A DNA stretch of 64,000 nt from Carcharhinus amblyrhynchos. Its lineage: Eukaryota. The notes beneath the pieces are model-generated. The model saw nothing but the letters and a program-made list of their open reading frames with translations. It was not told the DNA's origin and did no database searches. Where the stretch lies: assembly GCA_965287045.1 (NCBI GenBank), contig OZ336880.1:36208001-36272000 (forward strand), written 5' to 3'. Both the position numbers and the translations under genes were made by a program. Below are positions 1 through 12,029 of the stretch, piece by piece (position 1 is the stretch's first letter; each line of letters begins with the position of its first letter).

Positions 1-74
1 GATATTGTAAATGGAAATAAGGAAATTGATGACTTCTTCATTAAATCGTCATTTGTTAGTACAGAATTTGGGTG

Positions 75-330
75 TTGCTGATATATGCTGATAAAGCTTT
101 TTATTTTCTACTCATCAGGACAGTTTGCAAGAATACTATTGGTAAAAGAAACAATAATTTATACTGTATGAGAAGAGAGTATTAATTGGTCAGTAAGTAG
201 ACTCTGATTGGCCATGTGTTACCACAGAGAATGCACAGGGAACAGTTAACTGCCAGGCTTTTGCTCAAGTTCAAACTAATGATTGGTTAAGACATTAGCA
301 TGGGGGATGAATTGGTTTCTTTTTTCAGCA
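75..330 (-). mobile_element. Degenerate Penelope-like element remnant
   Basis: The minus strand reads CCTGATGAGTAGAAAATAAAAGCTT, a decayed hammerhead-type CTGATGA motif typical of Penelope termini. Family assignment is by recall only. Confidence 0.35.
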
Positions 331-479
331 GTACATGTTAAGTAATTATTTTGTACCAGATTTTACAATAGTAGAAGAAGTTTGCTTGTCAGTTTACGCG
401 AGGAAACTGATTTTGAATTAAGGATGGGGATTCATCACAAATCATGCAAGCAGTTTAACAGCAACGAAGAGAATAATGG

Positions 480-2290
480 CATGAAAGAATGATAAACTCC
501 CAGGACCAGATGGTTTCTATCCTGGGATTTTGAAGAAAGTAGATGAGAATGTTACAGCCACCCGAACAATAATCATCTAAAATTCCCTCAACTCAGGAAT
601 CATTCCTCGAAGGGTGAAAAACAGGGGATTATAAATCAATTTGTCCTGTTAGGAAATTAGTAGAATCTCTAATTAAGGATAGAATGGCTGAAACACCTTA
701 ATAATTTTCCACTATTCAGAGAAATGCTTGACAAAATTGTTTCAATTTTTTGGGAAAATCACTAAAGAAGTGAACACGGGAATTCTAAGGATATTATTTA
801 TTGAACTGCCAGAAGACATTCGATAAAGTCCCTCATAGTTATTGACCTAATTGGAAATTGGTTGAGTGGCAGGAGATGGAGGGTAGATCTGTTGGGTAGG
901 TACTCTAATTGGCAGCATCTGATTAGTGATGCCCTACAAAGATCTGTTTTGGAGCCTCAGTTATTCACCATATTTGTGAATGATTCAGAGGATGGGATAG
1001 AAAGCCACATATTCCAAGTTTTATGGGAACATAACATAATAAATAGTATGGTTGGAAGCATAAAATTAGAAGGAAGTTTTGATAATTGAAAAGGCAAGAG
1101 TATGGCAAATAGATGTTATAGTAAGCAATTATAAGATTATCAACTTTGGACTTAAAATAAAAAGGATCTTCTAAATGCTGAAAAGCTAAAAAATGCTGAA
1201 GGCCCAAAATAGACTTACAGGTCTAGATAATTAAAATGTCGTGGACACATACAGAAGGTAATCAAAAACTTTAATGGAATTGAGGTATTTATCATAGAAT
1301 CATAGAAACACTACAGTGCAGAAGGAGACCATTTGGCCCATTGAGCCTGCACCAACAACAATCCCACCCAGGCTCTATGCCCGTAACACATGCTAGTCCC
1401 CCTGACACTAAGGGTAAATTTAGCATGGCCAATCCGTCTAACCTGCACATCTTTAGAGTGTGGGAGGAAACTGGTGCAGCCAGGGAAAACCCATGCAGAC
1501 ACAGGGAAAATGTGCAAACTCCACACCCGAGATTGGAATTGAACCTGAGTCCCTGGCACTATGAGCCAGCAGTGCTAACTGCTGTGCCATTGTGCCACCC
1601 ATTAATCAAGTGGATTTGAATAGAAGGAATTGAAAGCCATACCACAGGTTAGACCTGGAACGCTTTGCCTCAGAAGATGGCTGAAGCAGACCACTGAATA
1701 TCTTTGAGGCAGAAATTCATAATTTTTATTGGGCCAGGGAATCATAGAGAGGTAGATGGGGAATTAGGAGCTCAACACACACAGGTCAGCCATGATCTTA
1801 TTGAATGGCAGAAAGTATTTGAGGGACTGACTGGCCTATTTCTGCTCCTATTTTGTATGTTCTTATGACCAGGACTGGAAAAATGCATTCAGTTCTGGAC
1901 ATGACACCCTAGGAAGAATACACTGACTTGAATGAAGCGCAGTGAAATGATATGTGGACTCCAAGGGCTAAATTACGATGATCGATTGCACAAATGAGGG
2001 TTGTATTCCTTCTAATTTAGAAGATTAGGGTGTGATCTTGTCTACATTTTCAAGATATTAAGGGAAAATGATAGGATAGTCAGAAACTAATTCCACTAGT
2101 TGAAGAATCAAGGGGACATATCTAAAAAATAGAATTAGACTTTGCAGGTGTAATTTCAGGACTAATTTCAGGCTTCTATAGGCGGGTAGAAATTTGGAAC
2201 TTTTGAAAACTAGGCCAATTGTTAATTTTAGTATTGCGATTGACAAGTTGTTTTCATCAAAGATATGGATATGGGAACAGAAGGATGGGC
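480..2290 (+). mobile_element. Old, heavily mutated CR1 LINE ORF2 fragments, interrupted by a SINE (1291-1600) and a CR1 3' end (1660-1866)
   Basis: Remnant RT motifs such as 'ISDALQRSVLEPQLFTIFVND' (cf. [21 protein letters not shown]), K-PGPDG at ~495 and FDKVPH at ~820; many stops and frameshifts. Confidence 0.8.
1291..1600 (-). mobile_element. tRNA-derived V-SINE (HE1-like), CR1-type tail
   Basis: Minus strand shows a GGTGGCACAATGGCACAGCAGTTAGCACTGCTG tRNA-like head, a V-domain (GTTTCCTCCCACACTCTAAAGATGTGCAGGTTAG) and a (TTCTATGA)n tail. Confidence 0.9.
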
Positions 2291-2295
2291 AACTG

Positions 2296-2451
2296 AGGGG
2301 AATTTAGCATGTCCTATGCCCCTAATCAGCACATCTTTCGAACTGTGGGAGGAAACCGGAGCACCTAGAAGAAACTCATGCAGACATGAAAGAACATGCA
2401 GACTCTGCACAGTCAGGAATCGAACCTGGGCACCTGGCGCTGTGAGGCAGC
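2296..2451 (-). mobile_element. Truncated V-SINE
   Basis: V-domain GTGGGAGGAAACCGGAGCACC and B-box GGAATCGAACC on the + strand. Confidence 0.8.
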
Positions 2452-2591
2452 CTCTTGTTGATGTCAGGCACCTTGCTGATACTGTGGAGCCAGTAACCAG
2501 CATGGGTAGAGCCACTGTATACAAAAATAACTTTTAAAAAATGTTAGTATTATTAACCCGCATACTACCATCCCTATTGCCCATTTTCCAG

Positions 2592-2694
2592 AGAATATGC
2601 AAGTTCTTCCTCACAGTATGAGGCTCAATGGCATAATCCAGTCATCCTGAATCCAATTTGGTTTTGGAATAATGTACCAGAAATGAAAGGAAGG
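2592..2694 (+). CDS. Candidate internal exon of an unidentified host gene (EYASSSSQYEAQWHNPVILNPIWFWNNVPEMKGR)
   Basis: Acceptor ccattttccAG, donor AGG|GTTAGT, 103 nt with an open frame, in non-repeat DNA. No homology recognised. Confidence 0.3.
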
Positions 2695-3887
2695 GTTAGT
2701 TATCTTTACGTTCTATTATTAATAAGAAGTTGTGACTCTGCTTTATACTTTGTGAAATATCAAGAGTTCAAAAATGCAAATACATTTATTTATGTAAAGT
2801 GAGAGATTTTTTTCTATAATCTCAATTGGAAATCTTTTACCTTTTCCATCATTCTCGTCAGGATATTCTAATAGGTTTTTCTGTTTTACCTATTAATAAC
2901 AGGGCCAGCCAAGTAAAGCTAATTATACATGGCTACATTGTTCATCAAATGCATGCACCATGAATGATTTTTTTCACTGAAATATTTTAGTTTCTACACA
3001 GACAGACATTCAACAACAACAGGGAAAAATGAAATTGGGCTTGCTGTCACTGGCTGAAAGTTGCAATGAAAAGTTACTACAGGAGACGTAATTACTTTTC
3101 TGTAAATTGCTATGACTGCAGTAGGCAGGAACTGAATTCACCTGATGGCGATAAATTTATTTTTTAATGGATTTCTATGCAGTGTAAAGCCTCCTGATAT
3201 CAATAATTGGTAGGATTATAATGGTAGTGGATAATTAATTCTAGTGCTTTTGCCTCTTGGTCTTCATAATATTGCAGCTTTTGTGTGTTATTGCAGCCAC
3301 ATTTAGGTAATTTATTCCAATAAAAATAATCAGGGGTTAATTCTATTTTTTTAATCCTTAGTGTTTTCTATTATGCAACAATTTCTTGACACGCATTACT
3401 TCATTTTCTCATTTTACAAACATGACTTTTAGCTGTAATTTTCATGCTCATTGGTATAAATAGAAAATATTGTGAGCAGTTACACAATGAGACAGTGATT
3501 CAGTGGGTGGATCTGATCTAGCGACAGGAGATATTGTTGGGTTTATCCAATCGTGACCTGGCAGTTGAATGTGTTTTCAATATCAATGGTGGTTTGAGGG
3601 ATCTGCCACTGAATGTAGATTTACAAGTGTGATAGGAAACGATTAAGGTAGTAGACATGGAAGTGGCTAGGAATGCAGTTTACATGGACTTTCAGAAGGC
3701 ATTTGATAAAATCCATGTAAGAGAGTGTTAGCTAAAATGATGGCTTGTGAAATTGAAGGCAGATTATTGACCTAGCTATGAAATTGGTTTGACGGTGCAA
3801 GAGTGTAGGGAATATCCTCAAATTGGAATGAAGTGACCAGTGGCGTCCCACAAGAATCTCTTTTGGGGCCTAAACTGTTCGCTACAT

Positions 3888-5112
3888 TGTTATGATTCCA
3901 GCTGCTTTTGTAACGCACAGGAAAATTCCAGAATGAAACTTGCCTCAAAAGAAAGTAACTTTTACTTATTTTAATCAAACGTGGAGGAACAGATTCACCA
4001 GAATGTAAGTTATAACAGCAAGAAAAATATATTTATTAAACATGAAACAAAATGGATTATAATCCAATACTTCTTAACTCTCTCTTTAGCTAAACATTGG
4101 TTTTAAGATTAACACATATGACAATATAACACATATAACACATTAACACAGATGACAAAGTATATTTGAAGCTACAATGGTTTCACTAATACATAAAGTC
4201 CCTTTGACACACACAAGGTGCCTATGATCAAACATATGCTCTGCTCTGAATTCCAAGTGCATGTCTGTTGATGCCTCCTCAGAATGCCCCAGATGATTGT
4301 TATGTTTCTAAACTCTAGTCCCCAAAACATGTTTTAAAATCATCTCTGTTTTTACTTGGTGGTTTGCATTCCAAAATCCAGCCTACATTTTCCAACAGAC
4401 TCTTGTGGACAGAGCTTCTGCTTTACTTTTACTAGCGAATTCCACTCCAGGATTTTACACCAACCTCTTTCAGGATTCTTTTGTCTCAATTGACTTCCAC
4501 TGTTACATTAACTCTGATATCCAACCAATACTGTCTTCCTAATTACTTTAACATTTATTTCACGGACTGTGGTAATGTCTCACAAATCTTAGCACCGCTG
4601 CAAATTTCTTTCTGTCTTCTCAATGCCTTTTCAAATCTGTAACTTGACTGAACAGTACTTGTTTCCAATTTCCTCTGTTCTGTTTAACTCCAGCCTTCTT
4701 GAGAAACTCTTTCTGTCCCAATTCCCTGGTTATCTGAACTGTAATTTATTCCTTAGGAAACTTGCGTCATTGGAATTCCCTTGTCCTATCCAGCTTTTCC
4801 TGGCAGAGTTAAAAGCTGTTCCCTCCTCAGTGACCTGGCTCCAACTGCTCTCAAATTAGGTAAACTAAAACTGAAAAACTTTTCACTTTACAAGAACCTC
4901 CAGTTGCTAAGCAACACCACCTACCTTTGCTCACCAAGTTATCTATTTAACCAATCCCCACAAAGACAAAAACCTTTGTCCAGCATGAATCTAACTCGAG
5001 GTCCCTTCAGGGCACAGAAACATTAAATTAAATCCATCTAAAACTATACATAATTTGTAATGTTTACCCATACAAATATAAATCTCTGAAAACTATTTTT
5101 GTTTTCCTAACA
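3888..5112 (-). mobile_element. Solo LTR (about 1.2 kb, Gypsy/ERV-like)
   Basis: Begins TGTTA and ends TAACA, with near-TSD acat/atat. It cleanly interrupts a CR1 RT, has a minus-strand AATAAA near 4033, and carries no convincing ORF. Confidence 0.7.
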
Positions 5113-5319
5113 ATATGTATGAGTGAAAGTAGAGAGCTATTTATCCAAGTTTTTGGATTATTTAAAGATTAGTGGCATTGTAACTAGTGTCCAGGGCATT
5201 TAACATTACAAAGGCACATTGTTAGATTAAGTGAATGGGCAAAATTTGAGCGAAATAATTCCAAAGCAAATCAGAGTGAGGTCATCCAATTTGAACCAAA
5301 GATAGATAGATTCTTCACT

Positions 5320-5432
5320 TTATCCTTTCCTTTTCCTGTATGTACTCTATGAATGGTCTGTATAGCACCGAAGAAACAATACTTTTCAGCGTATCCCAAC
5401 ACATGTGACACCAATAAGTCAAATCAAATCAA
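5320..5432 (+). mobile_element. Rex1/Babar LINE 3' tail
   Basis: AAACAATACTTTTCA...CATGTGACACCAATAAG(TCAAA)n matches the tail of the Rex1 copy at 55150-55309. Confidence 0.75.
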
Positions 5433-6204
5433 ATTTGAGTATTTTTTGGTAAAGATGGAAAGAGTGGAAGGAGGTCCAAAGAGGGTTAAGTGTTCATGTA
5501 GAAAGATCACTAAAATATGACAGAGAGATATAAAAAAGGATAACGGAGTGTTGGCCTTGATAATTAGATGGCTAGAATATAATGAGGAAGAAGTTTTGCA
5601 GAGATTATACAGACCCTGATTAGACCACACCCAAAGTAACATGCAATTCTGAATAATGCAGCTCAGAAAGGAAATATTGGGTTTGGAGTAAATGACATGA
5701 AATTCACTTGAATGTTACCCAGGTTGCAAAGGTTACATTATAAAGACAGATTACATGAATGACACTTGTATTCCCTGGAATATTGAATGTCAAGTGGTAG
5801 GTTGATTGATGTTTTTGGAATTTTGGAAGAAATGAATAGGGTAGCTAGGCAGACTACTATCCTCTGAATGGGGGATGTCTAGGTCAAGGCGATATCAGCT
5901 TAAGATCAGAGAAGGGCCATTTAGGAAAATAGTAAGAATAAATATTTTCCTGCAAAGGATGGTAGAAGTGGGGAACTCTCTCTAGAAAAAATTAATAGCT
6001 CAATGAATAGTTTTAAATCAGGAATCAACAAGTTTTTGCATGGTGTGGATATTGAAGAGACATGGAGAAAGTGTGAGTGAATGGCATACAGATCAACCCT
6101 GACCATATTGAATGGAGGAAGAGGCAGAATGAGCTATTGTTACTCCAATGTTCCTATTTTCTCACGGTCTATATAGACTGATGAATGTATGCGTCCCGGC
6201 CTTG

Positions 6205-6523
6205 GCTAAAGACAGGGTAGATTCAGAAAGAATGTTCCTGATGGAGGGGGAGTCCAGAACTAGGGGTCACAGTTTGAGAATAAGGGATAAACCTTCTAGG
6301 ACTGAGGTGAGGAGAAATGTCTTCACCACAGAAAGCAGTTGAAGCCACAACATTGTGGGATTTCAAGAAAATATTAAACATAGCTCATAGGGTTAAAGGG
6401 ATCAAGGGATATGGAGGGAAGGGGGAATCAGAATATTTAGTTTGATGATCAGCCATGATCAAAATAAAAGGCAGAGCATGCCTGAAGGGCCGAATGACCT
6501 ACCCCTGTTTCTAGTTTCTATGT
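6205..6523 (+). mobile_element. CR1 3' end
   Basis: DRVDSERMFLMEGESRTRGHSLRIR...RRNVFT, followed by a CR1 3' UTR. Confidence 0.85.
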
Positions 6524-6974
6524 AAAGCAAGTTTCTCTGCACTATATACACTATGCATGCATCAACTGATTGTTACTTCTGTCTTCACTCTTCACCTTCC
6601 CTTAAATGATATAGTAGTCTATTGCCAACTAATCTCTGCTGCAAATATTGCATGCTCCAAAAACTCTCTGCCTAAAGATGTTTCTACTAAACCTTCCTGT
6701 CGCTGTTGTCAGGAAGTTTACGATGACTTCATTACTGACTCACTGTTCAACCTATCAAACCCTTCTTTATTTTAAGTCCTCTAATAAATCTTTACTTAGC
6801 CCCTTTGCTCCAGTGAAAATATTTCCAGTATCCCAATTCTCCACTCATGATTTTAGTCTTTGATCCTTCGTGTCATCCCAGTGAATCTATGCTGTATGTT
6901 CTATAGAGCTTTAATGCCCCCTCTGTGATGACACTCAAAGCAGTACCCAATACATTAATTATTCATGCTGTTGA

Positions 6975-7225
6975 AAGTACAGCCTTGGGATGGAGATGTT
7001 AAATTCCCTTAAGTCTCTTGGCATTTTTTGAGGAGAAGCAAGCAAGCTATCCCTGTGATATGGCCAACACTTACGTCTCAGAAAATGTCACCAAAAACAG
7101 ATGAGCAGGTCATTTATCCCATTGCTGATTGCAGATTTTACTTTGGGAAAATTGATTAACATAGTTCATGACAACAGTGACTGTGGGCAGAACTTAATGA
7201 GTCCTTTGTGAGTGGGAAATGAGGC
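6975..7225 (+). mobile_element. Decayed Deu-domain SINE (SacSINE1/AmnSINE-like)
   Basis: TGGCCAACACTTA...CACCAAAAACAGATGAGCAGGTCATTTATCCCATTGCTG...ACAACAGTGACT resembles the recalled Deu domain. Confidence 0.55.
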
Positions 7226-7246
7226 AGCCAAGCTAATTAATTACCT

Positions 7247-7531
7247 GGGTGGCACAGTGGTTAGCACTGCTGCCTCACAGCGCCAGGGACCCAGGTTCAA
7301 TTCCCAGCTTGGGTCACTGTTTGTGCAGAGTCTACACGTTCTCCCTGCGTCTGCCTGGATTTCCTCTGGCTGCTCCAGTTCCCTCCCACAGTTCAAAAGT
7401 CATGTTGGTTAGGTGGATTGACCATGATAAATTCTCCCTCAGTGTGCCAAAGTGGCGACTGGGGGATTTTCACAGTAACTTCATTGCAGTGTTAATGTAA
7501 GCCTACTTGTGACACTGATAAATAAACTTTA
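7247..7531 (+). mobile_element. V-SINE subfamily B (non-CR1 tail)
   Basis: tRNA head GGTGGCACAGTGGTTAGCACTGCTGCCTCACAGCGCCAGGGACCCAGGTTCAATTCC, V-domain, and tail GGATTTTCACAGTAACTTCATTGCAGTGTTAATGTAAGCCTACTTGTGACACTGATAAATAAAC. Confidence 0.9.
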
Positions 7532-7535
7532 ATGA

Positions 7536-10290
7536 GGCAGGAATTTCCTGATGTTGGGTTGAGTTCTTGAAATAAAGTCAGTGGCAGAAGGGGAATCACA
7601 CTGTCTGTTGGTGGCAGAATCTGATTTTCCATTCATTTTGCGCACCATTCTCATTAAATGGGCTCTTTTCAAAATTAAGTTCCATCTTTGAGATGAAGTT
7701 AACAGCACATGGGGGTCTCATGTTTCCCAATAGCTTAAAGGTGACAGGCAACAGGCAAGGTTGTTCAGTTTTTGAATTTGAGCTGAAGTTTTCTTTTTCT
7801 CTAATTTAGCAGCACAGGGGAGGAGAGCAAGAGAAGCTGGATGGTCCATGAAGGGCAAAGCCATGGATGGAAGAGTAGGAGGTTGGAGATTTGTGGTGAC
7901 TGTGGGCTCAAATAATAGAGCAGAAAGGCAGTGTTTCAGTGGGGGAAGGAGGTATCCATAAAGAACCAGGTTCTGGCCCATGTTGCGGGGCCTGTCTTTG
8001 GTAAGCTGCTCCTGGGTGCGTAAGAGAGACAGCAGAACCACGCATGGCAGCTCAGCAGTCAGAAAAGAGAGATCAAGCTTGACTGAAAGAAGGTCCAGCT
8101 GCAGGGAAGGTAGGTCAAGGATCTCTGAAGGAGGGTTGAGGGTTATTGAGGGCATGTCAAGGATGGTGGAAGATGTTTCCATGATTACAGCAAGCAAGTT
8201 GAGGATGACGATGGAAGGGAGAGGGAGGGAGTTGGGAAGCCGAGGGTCCCTGACATTGTACCACGGATGATAGTTGGACGCTTGAGGATGATGGTGGTAG
8301 GGTAGAGTGAAGAGCGATGGGTGGAAGTTTGAGGGTACAGAGGGAGGTAAAAGCAGATAACTTGCAGCTGCCAAGCCACCTCATGCGATTCCACTGTTCC
8401 ATCTGCATTTGAGGCCCCAGGCCAAATCAAATGATTGCTATTGTGTGATATAGAACAAAGAACAACCCAGCACGGGAAACAGGCCCTTCGGCCCAACGAG
8501 CCCGCGCCGCCACATCACCCTACACCCATTCTACCCTGCGTGTCTACGAATAGAACCCCTAACTTAGTCAGATTCAGGGGAGAATAGTGTCAATTTGGTA
8601 AAACCAATCAGCCTAAGAGCACATCTTTGGGGTGTGGGAGGAAACCGGAGCGCCCGGAGGAAACCCATGCAACCACAGGGAGAATGCACAAACTCCCACA
8701 GACACAGGCCCAAATCCATGTATCTGCACAGCTAGCAGTGCTAGTCACCGAGCTGTTGCGGTGCCCGTCTACCGGTCCAGGATCAAGCACACACACCGAC
8801 ACGAAGTACTAGGCCACTCCCGGAACCTCCAAGAGCAGCCCACGCACGACCCACCGTGTGCATGCCCCTCGTTTGACACAAGGTGGACCTCCACCTGCGG
8901 AATAAAAAGACAAAAACGTTAATCTTACAAGTCTGCTTTTCCGGTGTCTCCCGAGGTTCTAACCTTATTTAATAGCCCCTACCATAACCCTCCATCCTCG
9001 TTTCACTCATGTGTCTGTCTAACTGAACCTTAAACGAGTCCAATGTTCCTGCCTCCACCACCCTACTCGGTAGTGCGTTCCATACCCCCACAACTCTCTG
9101 CGTAAAGAACCTTCCTCTCACGTCCAAATTATACCTCTCCCCCCTCACCCTTAAATCATGACCTCTCATATTTGTACCCAGTCTAGGGAGCAGTCTCTCA
9201 CTTATTGACTCTATCTATTCCCTTCAGTATCTTATATACCTCTATCATGTCCCCCCTCAATCTCCGTCTTTCCAAGGAGAATAGTCCCAGTTTCTCCAAC
9301 CTTTCCTTGTAACCCAGCCCCTCCATGCCAGGCAACATCCTGGTAAACCTCCTCTGCACCCTTTCCAGAGACTCCACGTCCTTCCGGTAGTAAGGTGACC
9401 AGAACTGGACGCAGTACTCCAAATGCGGTCTAACCAACGTTCTATACAACTGAAGCATTAGACGGCAGCTTTTATACTCTATACCCCTTCCTATAAAGGC
9501 TAGCATTCCATAAGCCTTCCTAACAACCTTCTCCACTTGTGACGCAACCTTCATGGATTTGTGAACCTGCACTCCCAGGTCCCTCTGTATTTCTATACTC
9601 CTAATCTGTCTACCTTTTATCACATAGCTCCTCTCTGCATTATTCCTTCCAAAATGCATCACCTTACATTTGTCAGGATTAAATTCCATCTGCCACCTAT
9701 CTGCCCAATGCACCAACCTATCTATATCCTGTTGTATCACCTGACAATCCAGTTCCGTACCCGCCAACCCTGCCATCTTGGTGTCATCAGCAAACTTGCT
9801 GATCACACCACCTACGCCCTCTTCCAAGTCATTTATGTATACTACAAAGAGGAGAGGTCCCAGTACTGAGCCCTGCGGCACACCACTGGTCACTGGCCTC
9901 CAGCCCGACAAGGTCCCCTCCACAACTACCCTCTGTCTCCTATTACCCAGCCAGTTCTCAATCCACCTAGCTACCTGACCTCGTATCCCATGCGCCTTAA
10001 CTGATGATAATGTGGCTCATGGTCTGGGTAGCATGCTTACATCTAAATCCATACTGCCACACAAAATTTGATGGAACTGATTGTTAATACCACTGACCAT
10101 GGTACTTAACTAACGTTTCCACTGCCTGGACCACCCTGTCAAGATCTAAGATGGTCTGCTACACACTGAATAACCTGGATATGATGAGGCCACGAACTGC
10201 ACAATGATCGGCTGAGGAAGTGGGGGAGGATAGGAAGAGGCAATTAATGCAGTCCCTTTCTGACTAGACTTCCCATGACTGACTCAACTG
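7536..10290 (+). mobile_element. Decayed PIF/Harbinger element interrupted by a young CR1 (8448-10001)
   Basis: GGCAGGAATTTCC-type terminus at ~7536. Transposase-like remnants: STVPSAFEAPGQIK*LLLCD (~8390-8449, cf. ...GWLLGD) and RFHCLD (~10115-10132, cf. RFRCLD). Confidence 0.5.
8448..10001 (-). mobile_element. Young 5'-truncated CR1 (HER1-like) LINE with a long, SINE-containing 3' UTR
   Basis: RT frame VKAHGIRG...[22 protein letters not shown]...SKFADDTK with a single frameshift near 9200 and a stop at 8969. The 3' UTR (8448-8968) ends in GGGCCGAAGGGCCTGTTTCCCGTGCTG...TTCTTTGTTCTAT. Confidence 0.95.
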
Positions 10291-10309
10291 ACAATGACAT
10301 CAGTAAACA

Positions 10310-11614
10310 AAACCTTACTGCAGTGCGACATGGGTGCAGTCGATCACCCCTTACACATTAGGCATCCTTGCAATGGCTGGGCTTCCTGCTGAGCCTGGTC
10401 CAGGTTGAAGTTGATGAACTGCCAGCCCAGGCACACAGAACTCCGGTGACCTGCCAAATGTAGGTGTGCACGGCAGACTGGGAGATGCCATAGAAATCTC
10501 TGCTCCCCCTCCACTCTGTCCCCCCGCCTCTAGGTACCAGGTTCTGCAACAGGTTGCACAGGTGTTGCACGGTCTCCTTTCAGGGTCAGAGATATTGGCG
10601 GCACACGGTGTGTGGCATCTGGTTGAAGGACAATCGTGCCCGGAAGTGCTGGGATCTCTATTCCATCCTCGTACGCCTCCTCTGGGTGAATGGCGGCCAC
10701 CTCCTGCCTCTGGTGGTTGTAGGTTGTAAAGCCTGGTCCTGTAAGTTGTAAGGCCCGGGCCTTCTGTGCCTGCATTTCTTCCTCCAGCTCCGACCACCAC
10801 AGCTCCAGCAACATCCAAAAGAATAGCAAACTCTATTGGTTGCATAGAAAAAGCCATCTCGTCACTCTGAAGAGGGGGGGAAATGGAGAGGGTAACATGT
10901 AGAGGTGATGGAATTCTGCTTGCCTCTAGCGCATCAACAGTCACTGTCCGTATCCCCCAATTCCCCCAGCCACATGCTCCCCACAATTACAGCTCCTTGC
11001 AAAGTTGAGAGGCTGCAGCAGTGCAATTTGCAAAGATTTTGTGTACATCCTTCAGCTGGAAGTGAGCTGAGTGCTCTAGGATCCAGCAGCACTGCAAGAC
11101 CCGATGTCAGTGCTGAGACCCAGGTCCATACTGCAAGTCGGACATCGGACACCCTGCAGAACAACAGCACCCCCCCACTCCCCCACACGCTCACAGAACC
11201 GCCACCGACCCGAGACAGAAAGTGGCCACAACAACAGGACACCCGTGAGTAGCAGTGAGCTATCGGACGCAATACACTTATCTCTTCACTAACCCTCACT
11301 GATGGAGCGCCCGGATTGGATTTTTAATGAGCTTGACTGTTTCGCACTGATTCGGGATTGGCGAACGCAGTGATAAAGGGAGAAGTGCTGGTAAAGTTGG
11401 CCAGGCAGCCCATTAATTCAATTTAAATGCATTCAAATGCATTTAAATTGCTGTCACATCTGTTTTGAGCACGGTCCTGATTGCAGCCATTTTAGGTGCT
11501 TGGTAAAGGGAGAACTGGCACGGAGGCGGGCGCGGATCACACTACTCTCCTCATGCCCGACTTTACCAAGTTTTCATGCCCGAAAAGGCGCAACTTGATG
11601 GTAAAATTGGGCCC
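10310..11614 (-). mobile_element. PIF/Harbinger transposon 5' half with HARBI1-like transposase pseudogene and TIR
   Basis: Minus-strand KETVQHLCNLLQNLVPRGGG, GISQSAVHTYIWQVTGVL and IARMPNV*GVIDCTHVALQ (first catalytic D). TIR TGGTAAAATTGGGCCC at 11599-11614. Confidence 0.85.
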
Positions 11615-12029
11615 TACGTCTGGAATCAGTTGGACAAATAAAATATTATTATGCTATTAAGTATCTTATGGTTGGCTGAGGAACTTGATGGATATTGGTA
11701 TTGATGTATAACTGTTAAATGGAATTGATTTTAAGCTAATGAAAGGTGGAATTATTGATTATGAAAAGATATAATTGATCTGTATTTGACTCTGTAATTC
11801 AGTTCTTTCAGAGACGTTCTGTAGCTGTGTCCATAGAGCTATTTAACCCTTCATGAAGACTCTGATCAGCTGCATGTTTGTATTGTTTTGTCTTACGCTT
11901 TATGTTAAATAAATTAGTTACACCTTTTGCACAGGGATATTTACCTTGTGAGTTTTGAATTGTCTTAGTTTAAGACACAATTGGCCACATTATGTAATTT
12001 CCCCACAACACTGTGTAAATGTTACTTGG

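Larger units (their letters stand above)
3640..6130 (+). mobile_element. Old CR1 LINE split by a solo LTR (3888-5112) and a Rex1-type tail (5320-5432)
   Basis: YMDFQKAFDK at ~3680 and VTSGVPQ..LGP at ~3835. The RT resumes after 5113 and runs to a CR1 3' region near 6100. Confidence 0.8.

Noticed and set aside
7718-8374. 218-aa minus ORF as a host gene
   Set aside because: Low-complexity Leu/Pro/Ser composition from a purine-rich repeat within a transposon remnant; no splice or domain support.
10351-10986. 211-aa minus ORF as intact HARBI1
   Set aside because: Transposase motifs are scattered over several frames with deletions; it is a decayed TE, not the domesticated gene.
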